This document shows, one piece after another, positions 49,238 to 60,735 of a DNA stretch of 64,000 bases. Positions within the stretch are counted from its first letter, which is position 1, and every line of letters begins with the position of its first letter. This DNA is from Mustelus asterias (Eukaryota), in the NCBI RefSeq assembly GCF_964213995.1, contig NC_135813.1, forward strand, positions 44,578,001 to 44,642,000, read 5' to 3'. A model generated the notes under the pieces. It saw nothing but the letters and a program-made list of their open reading frames with translations, was not told where the DNA came from and searched no databases. Made by a program: the position numbers and the translations under genes.

Positions 49238-52200
49238 AAAGAACAAAGAACAATACAGCACAGGAACAGGCCCTTCGGCCCTCCAAGCCCGCGCCGTTCC
49301 CCGGTCCAGGATTGAATCCTGAATCCAGGATCCCCGCCCAATTTTCCAGCCTATCTACATACCAATATCCTATCCACCGAGCTGTCCCTCACAGCTACGA
49401 TGCTTTGTTCATCACAACCTATTAACTCACCCCCACCCCCCCATTCCAGACCATGTGATCTCCAGGGAGAAGCGAAAACCCAGAGTGAAAACCCCAGGGC
49501 CAATATGGGGAAAAAAAATCTGGGAAATTCCTCTCCGACCCCCTGAGGCGATCGAAACGAGTCCAGGAGATCACACTGGCCCTGATCGGAAAATGCTTCC
49601 CAACCCTAGTCATTTCCACTTCCACGAACACCATATGAATTCCCTACCCCCGAGACAGGTTCCCAACTATCCGCAGTCTCGCTCTGTACTGGCACCAGCA
49701 AGATGATCATAGAATGAAGCCTTGAAACGAGAAACAAGGAACAATTAGACCGCGCCGCTCCCTGGTCCAAACTAGACCACTCTTTTGTATCCCTCCATTC
49801 CCACTCCGTTCATATAGCTGTCTAGATAAGTCTTAAACGTTCCCAGTGTGTCCGCCTCCACTACCTTGCTCGGCAACACATTCCAGGCCCCCACGACCCT
49901 CTGTGTAAAATATGTCCTTCTGATATCTGTGTTAAACCTCCCCCCCCTTCACCTTGAACCTATGACCCCTCGTGAACGTCACCACCGACCCAGGGAAAAG
50001 CTTCCCACCGTTCACCCTATCTATGCCTTTCATAATTTTATACGCCTCTATTAAGTCTCCCCTCATCCTCCGTCTTTCCAAGGAGAACAACCCCAGTTTC
50101 CCCAATCTCTCCTCATAACCAAGCCCCTCCATACCAGGCAACATCCTGGTAAACCTCCTCTGTACTCTCTCCAAAGCCTCCACGTCCTTCTGGTAGTGTG
50201 GCGACCAGAACTGGACGCAGTATTCCAAATGCGGCCGAACCAACGTTCTATACATCTGCAACATCAGACCCCAACTCTTATACTCTATGCCCCGTCCTAT
50301 AAAGGCACAAGCATGCCATATGCCTTCTTCACCACCTTCTCCACCTGTGACGTCACCTTCAAAGATCTGTGGACTTGCACACCCAGGTCCCTCTGCGTCT
50401 CTACACCCTTTATGGTTCTTCCATTTATCGTGTAGCTCCTCCCTACATTATTCCCACCAGAATGCATCACTTCGCATTTATCAGGATTGAACTCCATCTG
50501 CCATTTCCTTACCCAAATTTCCAGCCTATCTATATCCTTCTGTAGCCTCTGACAATGTTCCTCACTATCTGCAAGTCCTGCCAGTTTTGTGTCGTCCGCA
50601 AACTTACTAATCACCCCAGTTACTCCTTCTTCCAGATCATTTATATAAATCACAAACAGCAGAGGTCCCAATACAGAGCCCTGCGGTACACCACTAGTCA
50701 CAGGCCTCCAGCCGGAAAAAGACCCTTCCACTACCACCCTCTGTCTTCTATGACCAAGCCAGTTCTCCACCCATCTAGCCACCTCCCCCTTTATCCCATG
50801 AGATCCAACCTTTTTCACTAGCCTACCATGAGGGACTTTGTCAAACGCTTTACTAAAGTCCATATAGACAACATCCACGGCCCTTCCTTCGTCAACCATT
50901 TTGGTCACTTCTTCAAAAAACACCACCAGGTTAGTGAGGCATGACCTCCCTCTCACAAAACCATGTTGACTATCGTTAATGAGTTTATTCCTTTCTAAAT
51001 GCGCATACATCCTATCTCTAAGAATCTTCTCCAACAACTTCCCCACCACGGACGTCAAGCTCACCGGCCTATAATTACCCGGGTTATCCTTCCTACCCTT
51101 CTTAAATAACGGGACCACATTGGCTATCCTCCAATCCTCTGGGACCTCACCTGTGTCCAGTGACGAGACAAAGATTTGCGTCAGAGGCCCAACGATTTCA
51201 CCTCTCGTCTCCCTGAGCAGCCTTGGATAGATTCCATCAGGCCCTGGGGATTTGTCAGTCTTTATATTCTCTAACAAACCTAACACTTCCTCCTTTGTAA
51301 TGGAGATTTTCTCCAACGGTTCAACACTCCCCTCAGAGACACTCCCAGTCAACACATCCCTCTCCTTTGTGAATACCGACGCAAAGTATTCATTTAGGAT
51401 CTCCCCTACTTCTTTGGGCTCCAAGCATAAGTCCCCACTTTTGTCCCTGAGAGGTCCGATTTTTTCCCTAACAACCCTTTTGTTCCTAACGTATGAATAA
51501 AATGCCTTGGGATTCTCCTTAATCCTGTCTGCCAAGAACATTTCGTGACCCCTTTTTGCTCTTCTAATTCCCCGTTTGAGTACTTTCCTACTTTCATTGT
51601 ACTCCTCCAGAGCTCCCTCCGTTTTTATCTGCTTGGACCTAACATACGCCTCTCTTTTTTTTTGACCAGTCCCTCAATTTCCCTGGTTATCCACGGTTCT
51701 CTAATCCTACCCTTCCTATCCTTCTGTTTTACAGGCACATGCTTGTCCTGTAGCCCTAACAACCGATCCTTAAAAGACTGCCACATACCAGATGTGGATT
51801 TACCCTCAAACAGCCTCTCCCAATCAAGAGCTGCCAATTTCTGCCTGATCCCAATAAAGTTAGCCTTCCCCCAATCCAACACCTTACACTTGGGACACCA
51901 CTCATCCTTTTCCATCACTATCCTAAAGCTAACAGAATTGTGGTCACTATTTGCCACATGTTCCCCAACCAAAACTTTGAAGACCTGACCGGGCTCATTC
52001 CCCAGTACCAGGTCCAGTATAGCCCCCTCTCTAGTCGGGCTGTCTACATATTGTTCCAACGAACCCTCCTGTACACATTTTACAAATTCCTCCCCATCCA
52101 GAGTCCCTGCCCTCAGCGATTTCCAGTCTATACCAGGGAAATTGAAGTCTCCCACTACAACAACCCTATATTTCCTGCACCTATCCAGTATCTCCTGACA

Positions 52201-52880
52201 TATCCATTCTTCCACTTCCCTTGGGCTGTTGGGGGGCCTGTAGTACACCCCCAACATAGTGACTGCGCCTTTCCTGTTTCTAAGCTCCACCCAGAGTGAC
52301 TCGTTACACGACTCCTCTGATTTGTCCTCCCTCTGTACCGCTGTAATATGCTCTCCAACTAATACCGCTACCCCCCACCTCTTTTGGCCCCTCCTCTGTC
52401 TCGCCTAAAACACTTGTACCCTGGAATATTCAGCTGCCAGTCCTGTCCCTCTTTCAACCAAGTCTCTGTCACCGCAACCACATCCAAATTCCTCGTGCGC
52501 ATTAAGGCCCCAAGTTCGTCTGTCTTACCTGCTACGCTCCTTGCATTGAAGTATAAGCACTCCAGACCTCCAGGCTCAGTGAGGTCGTCCTCCCCCAGAG
52601 TGCTCTTCTTCTTTGCCAGCCTTGTCCCAGCCCCAAGCTCGTCCCCAGCCACCACACTTATAGACCTAATAGTTTGATCCCCACCCCCCTGCCATACTAG
52701 TTTAAACCCCCCCGAACTGCACTAGCAAAGCTCCCAGCCAGGATATTTGTGCCCTTCCAACTTAGTTGTGACCCCTCCCTCTTGTACAGGTGCCATCCTC
52801 TCCTGAAAACCTCCCATTGATCTATGAAAATGAAGCCCTCCCTCCTGGACCAGTCCTTTAGCCAGGCATTCATTTGTACC
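49238..52880 (-). mobile_element. CR1 LINE: ORF1 C-terminus, full ORF2 (EN+RT, frameshifted), long 3'UTR
   Basis: ORF1 end MNAWLKDWSRREGF..HLYKREG..GLN* (stop 52697-52699); EN YFNARS, VTETWL, VVGDFN, SDH; RT NYRPVSLTS, QHGF, GVPQGSVLGP, FADD. Confidence 0.95.
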
Positions 52881-53173
52881 TAGCTGTAATACAGAATTCC
52901 AATAGACATCCTAGAATTCCCTGCCTAACAGCACTGTAGGTTCACTTACACCTTGGGGAACTGCAGTGGTTCAAGAAGGCAGCTCACCACCACCTTCTCA
53001 AGGGGCAGTTAGGGATGGACAATAAATGCTGGCCAGCCAATGATGCCCACATCCTGTAAATGAGTTTTAAAAAAAATCCATTCCAGTTCTCGTCCTATTG
53101 CGCAGGGTTCTAATTTAGCAAAGTCTTCCAGCCTGGTGCTAATATTGTTACATCGAATATTCTAATGTCCACG

Positions 53174-53445
53174 ACGGTGGCACAGCGTCAGGACCCAGGT
53201 TCAATCCCAGCTTCAGGTCAGTCTGTGTGGAGTTTGCACGTTCTCCCCGTGTCTGCGTGAGGTTCCCTCCCACACTCCAAAGATGTGTGGGTTAAGTGGA
53301 CTGGCCATGCTAAATTAATCCTAGTGCCAGGGGGAGAAGCAGGGTAAATATGTGGGGTTATGAGGATAAGGCCTGGGTGGGATTATGGTCGGTGCAGACT
53401 CGATGGGCCGAATGGCCTCCTTCTGCACTGCAGGGATTGTATGAG
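53174..53445 (+). mobile_element. HE1-like V-SINE, tail A
   Basis: Partly deleted head, V-domain, tail. Confidence 0.8.
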
Positions 53446-53595
53446 CATTGCTAATACGTTGCTCATTAGATTGTTAAACTGGTCTTGATTTAACACACCC
53501 ATTTGGATTGGTGCCAGGCATTCAATATGGGGAAGCACTTTGTACTGGAACAAGTCACTGTCATCATTGATCACCCCTTCCTTTGGTCCTGCCCA

Positions 53596-53699
53596 CCCCC
53601 CTCTCTCTCTTCCCCCTCCCCCCCCTCTCTCTCTTCCCCCTCCCCCCCCTCTCTCTCTTCCCCCTCCCCCCCCTCTCTCTCTTCCCCCTCCCCCCCCTC
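53596..53699 (+). repeat. 24-bp pure-pyrimidine minisatellite running into the gap
   Basis: (CCCCCCTCTCTCTCTTCCCCCTCC)-type units, about 4 copies. Confidence 0.9.
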
Positions 53700-53899
53700 N
53701 NNNNNNNNNNNNNNNNNNNNNNNNNNNNNNNNNNNNNNNNNNNNNNNNNNNNNNNNNNNNNNNNNNNNNNNNNNNNNNNNNNNNNNNNNNNNNNNNNNNN
53801 NNNNNNNNNNNNNNNNNNNNNNNNNNNNNNNNNNNNNNNNNNNNNNNNNNNNNNNNNNNNNNNNNNNNNNNNNNNNNNNNNNNNNNNNNNNNNNNNNNN
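53700..53899. other. Assembly gap
   Basis: 200 N. Confidence 0.99.
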
Positions 53900-56800
53900 C
53901 CCGTGTTTCCCCCCCCGGCTGCCCGTGTTTCCCCCCCCGGCTGCCCGTGTTTTCCCCCCCCCCCGGCTGCCCGTGTTTCCCCCCCCGGCTGCCCGTGTTT
54001 TCCCCCCCCGACTGCCCGTGTTTTCCCCCCCCGGCTGCCCGTGTTTTCCCCCCCCGGCTGCCCGTGTTTTCCCCCCCCGGCTGCCCGTGTTTTCCCCCCC
54101 CGGCTGCCCGTGTTTTCCCCCCCCGGCTGCCCGTGTTTTCCCCCCCCGGCTGCCCGTGTTTTCCCCCCCCGGCTGCCCGTGTTTTCCCCCCCCCGGCTGC
54201 CCGTGTTTTCCCCCCCCGGCTGCCCGTGTTTTCCCCCCCCGGCTGCCCGTGTTTTCCCCCCCCCGGCTGCCCGTGTTTTCCCCCCCCGGCTGCCCGTGTT
54301 TTCCCCCCCCGGCTGCCCGTGTTTTCCCCCCCCGGCTGCCCGTGTTTTCCCCCCCCGGCTGCCCGTGTTTTCCCCCCCCGGCTGCCCGTGTTTTCCCCCC
54401 CCCGGCTGCCCGTGTTTTCCCCCCCCCGGCTGCCCGTGTTTTCCCCCCCCGGCTGCCCGTGTTTTCCCCCCCCGGCTGCCCGTGTTTTCCCCCCCCGGCT
54501 GCCCGTGTTTTCCCCCCCCGGCTGCCCGTGTTTTCCCCCCCCGGCTGCCCGTGTTTTCCCCCCCCGGCTGCCCGTGTTTTTCCCCCCCCGGCTGCCCGTG
54601 TTTTTCCCCCCCCGGCTGCCCGTGTTTTGCCCCCCCGGCTGCCCGTGTTTTGCCCCCCCGGCTGCCCGTGTTTTGCCCCCCCGGCTGCCCGTGTTTTGCC
54701 CCCCCGGCTGCCCGTGTTTTGCCCCCCCGGCTGCCCGTGTTTTGCCCCCCCGGCTGCCCGTGTTTTGCCCCCCCGGCTGCCCGTGTTTTGCCCCCCCGGC
54801 TGCCCGTGTTTTGCCCCCCCGGCTGCCCGTGTTTTGCCCCCCCGGCTGCCCGTGTTTTGCCCCCCCGGCTGCCCGTGTTTTGCCCCCCCGGCTGCCCGTG
54901 TTTTGCCCCCCCGGCTGCCCGTGTTTTGCCCCCCCGGCTGCCCGTGTTTTGCCCCCCCGGCTGCCCGTGTTTTGCCCCCCCGGCTGCCCGTGTTTTGCCC
55001 CCCCGGCTGCCCGTGTTTTGCCCCCCCGGCTGCCCGTGTTTTGCCCCCCCGGCTGCCCGTGTTTTGCCCCCCCGGCTGCCCGTGTTTTGCCCCCCCGGCT
55101 GCCCGTGTTTTGCCCCCCCGGCTGCCCGTGTTTTGCCCCCCCGGCTGCCCGTGTTTTGCCCCCCCGGCTGCCCGTGTTTTGCCCCCCCGGCTGCCCGTGT
55201 TTTGCCCCCCCGGCTGCCCGTGTTTTGCCCCCCCGGCTGCCCGTGTTTTGCCCCCCCGGCTGCCCGTGTTTTGCCCCCCCGGCTGCCCGTGTTTTGCCCC
55301 CCCGGCTGCCCGTGTTTTGCCCCCCCGGCTGCCCGTGTTTTGCCCCCCCGGCTGCCCGTGTTTTGCCCCCCCGGCTGCCCGTGTTTTGCCCCCCCGGCTG
55401 CCCGTGTTTTGCCCCCCCGGCTGCCCGTGTTTTGCCCCCCCGGCTGCCCGTGTTTTGCCCCCCCGGCTGCCCGTGTTTTGCCCCCCCGGCTGCCCGTGTT
55501 TTGCCCCCCCGGCTGCCCGTGTTTTGCCCCCCCGGCTGCCCGTGTTTTGCCCCCCCGGCTGCCCGTGTTTTGCCCCCCCGGCTGCCCGTGTTTTGCCCCC
55601 CCGGCTGCCCGTGTTTTGCCCCCCCGGCTGCCCGTGTTTTGCCCCCCCGGCTGCCCGTGTTTTGCCCCCCCGGCTGCCCGTGTTTTGCCCCCCCGGCTGC
55701 CCGTGTTTTGCCCCCCCGGCTGCCCGTGTTTTGCCCCCCCGGCTGCCCGTGTTTTGCCCCCCCGGCTGCCCGTGTTTTGCCCCCCCGGCTGCCCGTGTTT
55801 TGCCCCCCCGGCTGCCCGTGTTTTGCCCCCCCGGCTGCCCGTGTTTTGCCCCCCCGGCTGCCCGTGTTTTGCCCCCCCGGCTGCCCGTGTTTTGCCCCCC
55901 GGCTGCCCGTGTTTTGCCCCCCCGGCTGCCCGTGTTTTGCCCCCCCGGCTGCCCGTGTTTTGCCCCCCCGGCTGCCCGTGTTTTGCCCCCCCGGCTGCCC
56001 GTGTTTTGCCCCCCCGGCTGCCCGTGTTTTGCCCCCCCGGCTGCCCGTGTTTTGCCCCCCCGGCTGCCCGTGTTTTGCCCCCCCGGCTGCCCGTGTTTTG
56101 CCCCCCCGGCTGCCCGTGTTTTGCCCCCCCGGCTGCCCGTGTTTTGCCCCCCCGGCTGCCCGTGTTTTGCCCCCCCGGCTGCCCGTGTTTTGCCCCCCCG
56201 GCTGCCCGTGTTTTGCCCCCCCGGCTGCCCGTGTTTTGCCCCCCCGGCTGCCCGTGTTTTGCCCCCCCGGCTGCCCGTGTTTTGCCCCCCCGGCTGCCCG
56301 TGTTTTGCCCCCCCGGCTGCCCGTGTTTTGCCCCCCCGGCTGCCCGTGTTTTGCCCCCCCGGCTGCCCGTGTTTTGCCCCCCCGGCTGCCCGTGTTTTGC
56401 CCCCCCGGCTGCCCGTGTTTTGCCCCCCCGGCTGCCCGTGTTTTGCCCCCCCGGCTGCCCGTGTTTTGCCCCCCCGGCTGCCCGTGTTTTGCCCCCCCGG
56501 CTGCCCGTGTTTTGCCCCCCCGGCTGCCCGTGTTTTGCCCCCCCGGCTGCCCGTGTTTTGCCCCCCCGGCTGCCCGTGTTTTGCCCCCCCGGCTGCCCGT
56601 GTTTTGCCCCCCCGGCTGCCCGTGTTTTGCCCCCCCGGCTGCCCGTGTTTTGCCCCCCCGGCTGCCCGTGTTTTGCCCCCCCGGCTGCCCGTGTTTTGCC
56701 CCCCCGGCTGCCCGTGTTTTGCCCCCCCGGCTGCCCGTGTTTTGCCCCCCCGGCTGCCCGTGTTTTGCCCCCCCGGCTGCCCGTGTTTTGCCCCCCCGGC

Positions 56801-57548
56801 TGCCCGTGTTTTGCCCCCCCGGCTGCCCGTGTTTTGCCCCCCCGGCTGCCCGTGTTTTGCCCCCCCGGCTGCCCGTGTTTTGCCCCCCCGGCTGCCCGTG
56901 TTTTGCCCCCCCGGCTGCCCGTGTTTTGCCCCCCCGGCTGCCCGTGTTTTGCCCCCCCGGCTGCCCGTGTTTTGCCCCCCCGGCTGCCCGTGTTTTGCCC
57001 CCCCGGCTGCCCGTGTTTTGCCCCCCCGGCTGCCCGTGTTTTGCCCCCCCGGCTGCCCGTGTTTTGCCCCCCCGGCTGCCCGTGTTTTGCCCCCCCGGCT
57101 GCCCGTGTTTTGCCCCCCCGGCTGCCCGTGTTTTGCCCCCCCGGCTGCCCGTGTTTTGCCCCCCCGGCTGCCCGTGTTTTGCCCCCCCGGCTGCCCGTGT
57201 TTTGCCCCCCCGGCTGCCCGTGTTTTGCCCCCCCGGCTGCCCGTGTTTTGCCCCCCCGGCTGCCCGTGTTTTGCCCCCCCGGCTGCCCGTGTTTTGCCCC
57301 CCCGGCTGCCCGTGTTTTGCCCCCCCGGCTGCCCGTGTTTTGCCCCCCCGGCTGCCCGTGTTTTGCCCCCCCGGCTGCCCGTGTTTTGCCCCCCCGGCTG
57401 CCCGTGTTTTGCCCCCCCGGCTGCCCGTGTTTTGCCCCCCCGGCTGCCCGTGTTTTGCCCCCCCGGCTGCCCGTGTTTTGCCCCCCCGGCTGCCCGTGTT
57501 TTCCCCCCCCCCGCCGCCCGTGTTTTCCCCCCCCCCGCCGCCCGTGTT
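53900..57548 (+). repeat. 23-bp GC-rich satellite array, about 158 copies
   Basis: Unit GGCTGCCCGTGTTTTGCCCCCCC; the 23-aa period in the ORF track equals three units. Confidence 0.98.
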
Positions 57549-57752
57549 TATGGCTGCCTCTGTACTTCCCCTCACTCCATGCTCCTGGAGGCACACCTGC
57601 TCCAACTCTCTCCTCGTTGCCCACGGCACTTTTGTCTTGTGTACACATGCCATTGCTCGCCTGGCACCCTTTCCTCAAACATCTCCTGCCTGTCGTGCAA
57701 ATCCTTCGTCTGTCCCATTTTTGTTTCTTATGACTTCTTTGTCACTTGCCAG

Positions 57753-57848
57753 GGAACATTGGTGCAAGAGCGACAGGAACTGAGTGACCTCCTGCAGCAG
57801 CTACTGAAAGAGAAGAATCATCGAGAAAAGGAGCTTCGGGATCTGCTG
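57753..57848 (+). CDS. LRSAM1: LRSAM1 late coiled-coil exon
   Basis: GTLVQERQELSDLLQQLLKEKNHREKELRDLL; CAG/GTATGT. Confidence 0.93.
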
Positions 57849-58310
57849 GTATGTGTGAATGGGAGGGAGGGGCTCCCGGGTCCCACCGGAAAGCCTTTGG
57901 ACAGGGACACACTGCCAATGGTATGGCTACACCTCCTGTATCCTACTCATCATCACTGCCTCTAGTAATAATAATCACCACCACTTCACTCTACAGTCCA
58001 AACAGTCCCAATCGGGAATGGCTGCCAATAGGATTCATTCATGAGGCAACGTTACCTAAACTAAGTTTACATTCACTGGAATGAAGAAGGTTCAGGGCTG
58101 ATGTGAGTTGAGTTTTTTTTGAAAACAATTGATAAGGGGAATAGAGCAACATTTTTTCTAATAGTGGGTGGAGACTAGGACGTGGGGACATAACTTCAAA
58201 ATCACAGCCAGACCATTCAAGAAAGAAGCTGGGAAACATTTCTTCCCATGAAAGGTTGTGGTAATGTTTTGGGCTCCGGTTGGATTCTGCCAAGAGTTTG
58301 GGATGTTTTC

Positions 58311-58624
58311 GTAGAATCCCGACAGTGCAGAAGGAGGGTATTCGGCCCATTGAGTCTGCACCGACCACATTCCCACTCAGAGCCTCTCCCCATAACCCCA
58401 TGCATATACCCTGCTAATCCCCCTGACACTAAAGGGAAATTTAGCATGGCCAATCCACCTAACCCGCACATCTTTGGACTGTGGGAGGAAACCGGAGCAC
58501 CCGGAGGAAACGCATGCAGGCATGGGGAGAATGTGCAAACTCCACACAGGCAGCGACCCAAGCCAGGAATTGAACCCAGGTCCTTGGCGCTGTGAGGCAG
58601 CAGTGCTAACCACTGTGCCACCGT
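58311..58624 (-). mobile_element. HE1-like V-SINE, tail A
   Basis: Reverse orientation, full length. Confidence 0.87.
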
Positions 58625-58629
58625 CACAG

Positions 58630-58855
58630 CAGATTCTGTTGGGGGTTTGGGATGTTTTGGGGTGGATTCTGCTGTGGGGGGTGGGTTGGGATGGATTCTG
58701 CCGGGGGGGGTTTGGGGCATTTTGGGTTTGGGGTGGATTCTTTCGGGGGTTTTGGGACATTTTGATGTAGATTCTCCTGGAGGTTTGGGATGTTTTGGGT
58801 TTGGAGTGAATTCTGCCGGGGGTTTGGATATTTTGGATTTTGGGTGGATTTTGTA
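58630..58855 (+). repeat. Degenerate G/T-rich minisatellite, unit about 33 bp
   Basis: Recurrent GGATTCTGC.GGGGGTTTGGGA..TTTTGG; one unit also lies left of the SINE (58265-58310). Confidence 0.8.
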
Positions 58856-58889
58856 TGAGTTGCTATGAGTTGTGTTTTGTTATCCTCAG

Positions 58890-58988
58890 GCGGAATTGGA
58901 AACGAAACACGAGACCAGTCAGGAGAATTACTGGCTGATTCAGTATCAGCGTCTGATGGATCAGAAACCTCTGTCTCTCCAAGCGCGG
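58890..58988 (+). CDS. LRSAM1: LRSAM1 exon preceding the SAM domain
   Basis: [33 protein letters not shown]; CAG/GTAAGT. Confidence 0.96.
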
Positions 58989-58995
58989 GTAAGTT

Positions 58996-59178
58996 CATAG
59001 AACATAGAATCAGAGAATCCTACAGTGCAGAAGGAGGCCGTTCGGCCCATTGAGTCTGCACCGACCACAATCCCACCCAGGCCCTATCCCCATAACGTCT
59101 CTTGTTTACCCTGCTAATTTCCCTGACACTAAGGGTCAATTTATCATGGCCAATCAACCTAACCCACACATCTTTGGA
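58996..59178 (-). mobile_element. HE1-like V-SINE 3' part
   Basis: Tail begins about 7 nt after the splice donor. Confidence 0.8.
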
Positions 59179-59620
59179 TTTGATGCACATCAGTCTCGCT
59201 AACATACACCATTCTGAGTGAAGAACCTTCTCTGAACAATAATTTTACTGTTAATCCATCCTGTCCCATTTGTCACTGGATCGTAACTTTGTTCCTGTTT
59301 ATGTTCTTAAAGAAGTTTGGGTTGTAATGCAAGAATTTAACTGGACTAAAGATTGTTCAGCCCATCTCCTTGTATCTTGCATTCAGGAACTATAATCTAG
59401 CAATCTGCATCACCTCCCTGGGAGCGTGCATACCCTCTACCCTGTAATCTTCATTGAATCATAAATGTTTATTTTGTTCTTACTAATATTTTGACGCCAG
59501 TATCTGAACTCTGGGGTCCCGGAGCAATTGGGTCAGTAACAACTTGTGGAACCTGACTCTCTACCGGAGTGATTTGCCACCGGGTACTGTTCCTGGGTGT
59601 CCTCTGGTTATTTGATTTGG

Positions 59621-59769
59621 TAAGAAGTTTAACAACACCAGGTTAAAGTCCAACAGGTTTATTTGGTAGCAAAAGCTTTTGCTACCAAATAAACCTGTTG
59701 GACTTTAACCTGGTGTTGTTAAACTTCTTACTGTGTTTACCCCAGTCCAACGCCGGCATCTCCACATCA
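59621..59769. mobile_element. Penelope-terminus-only perfect palindrome insertion
   Basis: 56-bp perfect arms, no spacer (59620-59731); TSD TATTTGATTTGG at 59609-59620 and 59770-59781. Confidence 0.92.
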
Positions 59770-60194
59770 TATTTGATTTGGGACAATACTCGATGGGACA
59801 TTGACTGGATGTTGTTACCCTTCACCTCTTGATTTGACCTCAATCTGGGCTGATGGAATGAAGGCTCCTGTGTTTGCCATTGTACTCTCAAAGTAACTTC
59901 AAGTGAAAGGTGGTTTACAACAGAGAGTTGCCCATATTCTGTCACCAACTGGTGCCAACATGCAAACCTTTGCCGTGTATTTGAGTCCAGTCTGGAGATG
60001 TTAGGCTGGGGCATGGAAAACTGGTGCCAGCCCATGTCTGGTCCTTACCCAGCCATTCCCAGGGGTATTTCTCCATTTGCTGTCTTCCCCATTGCCTGCC
60101 ATCACTATGTGTGTGCATTATTCACTCTGCCCCTCCCCCCATACACTGTTGCGGGCAAACCACTCATCTCTTGATCCTCTCTCGTCCTGTGCAG

Positions 60195-60326
60195 GAGGAA
60201 GGTGTGGAGAAGGCCCTGGTGGATCTGTTGGCTGAGCTCTCAGCTGATCAGTACCTGCCCCTGTTTGCCCACCATCGGGTCACCCTGAAGATGCTGCGGT
60301 ACATGACAGCAGAGGATCTCCAGCAG
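60195..60326 (+). CDS. LRSAM1: LRSAM1 SAM-domain exon
   Basis: EEGVEKALVDLLAELSADQYLPLFAHHRVTLKMLRYMTAEDLQQ; CAG/GTAAT. RING exons lie beyond the window. Confidence 0.96.
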
Positions 60327-60419
60327 GTAATAGGGAGCGTGCCTTTAATTAAACTGGCATCACCCGTGGTTTGGGGATAGGGGGGCTGCATAATTCTGGA
60401 TAACGTGCTAAATTCATAT

Positions 60420-60735
60420 AAGTGGTGTGTGACTGACTGTCCCATTGAGAGAATTACAGTGAGTGGTGTGTGACAGACTCATTGAGAGTATTACAGTGAG
60501 TGGTGTGTGAGTGACTCTCATTGAGAGAATTACAGTGAGTGACGTGTGACTGACATTGAGAGAATTACAGTGAGTCGTGTGTGACTGACTCTCATTGAGA
60601 TGTAATACAGTGAGTGGCGTGAGTGACTCCCTCATTGAGAGAATTACAGTGAGTGGCGTGAGTGACTCCCTCATTGAGAGAATTACAGTGAGTGGCGTGA
60701 GTGACTCCCTCATTGAGAGAATTACAGTGAGTGGT
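60420..60735 (+). repeat. Minisatellite of about 40 bp; resumes at 62060-62145
   Basis: Unit CATTGAGAGAATTACAGTGAGTGG(T/C)GTG(T/A)G..GACTC. Confidence 0.92.

Noticed and set aside
50297-51541. 414-aa RT ORF as an active or domesticated gene
   Set aside because: Part of a CR1 ORF2 broken by several frameshifts and truncated within ORF1.
53383-57965. Five ORFs of 1360-1460 aa on both strands
   Set aside because: They are translations of the stop-free 23-bp satellite and the N gap; only the 57753-57848 LRSAM1 exon is real coding sequence.
60420-60735. Regularly spaced repeats resembling a CRISPR array
   Set aside because: Eukaryotic DNA, no unique spacers, no cas genes; an ordinary minisatellite.
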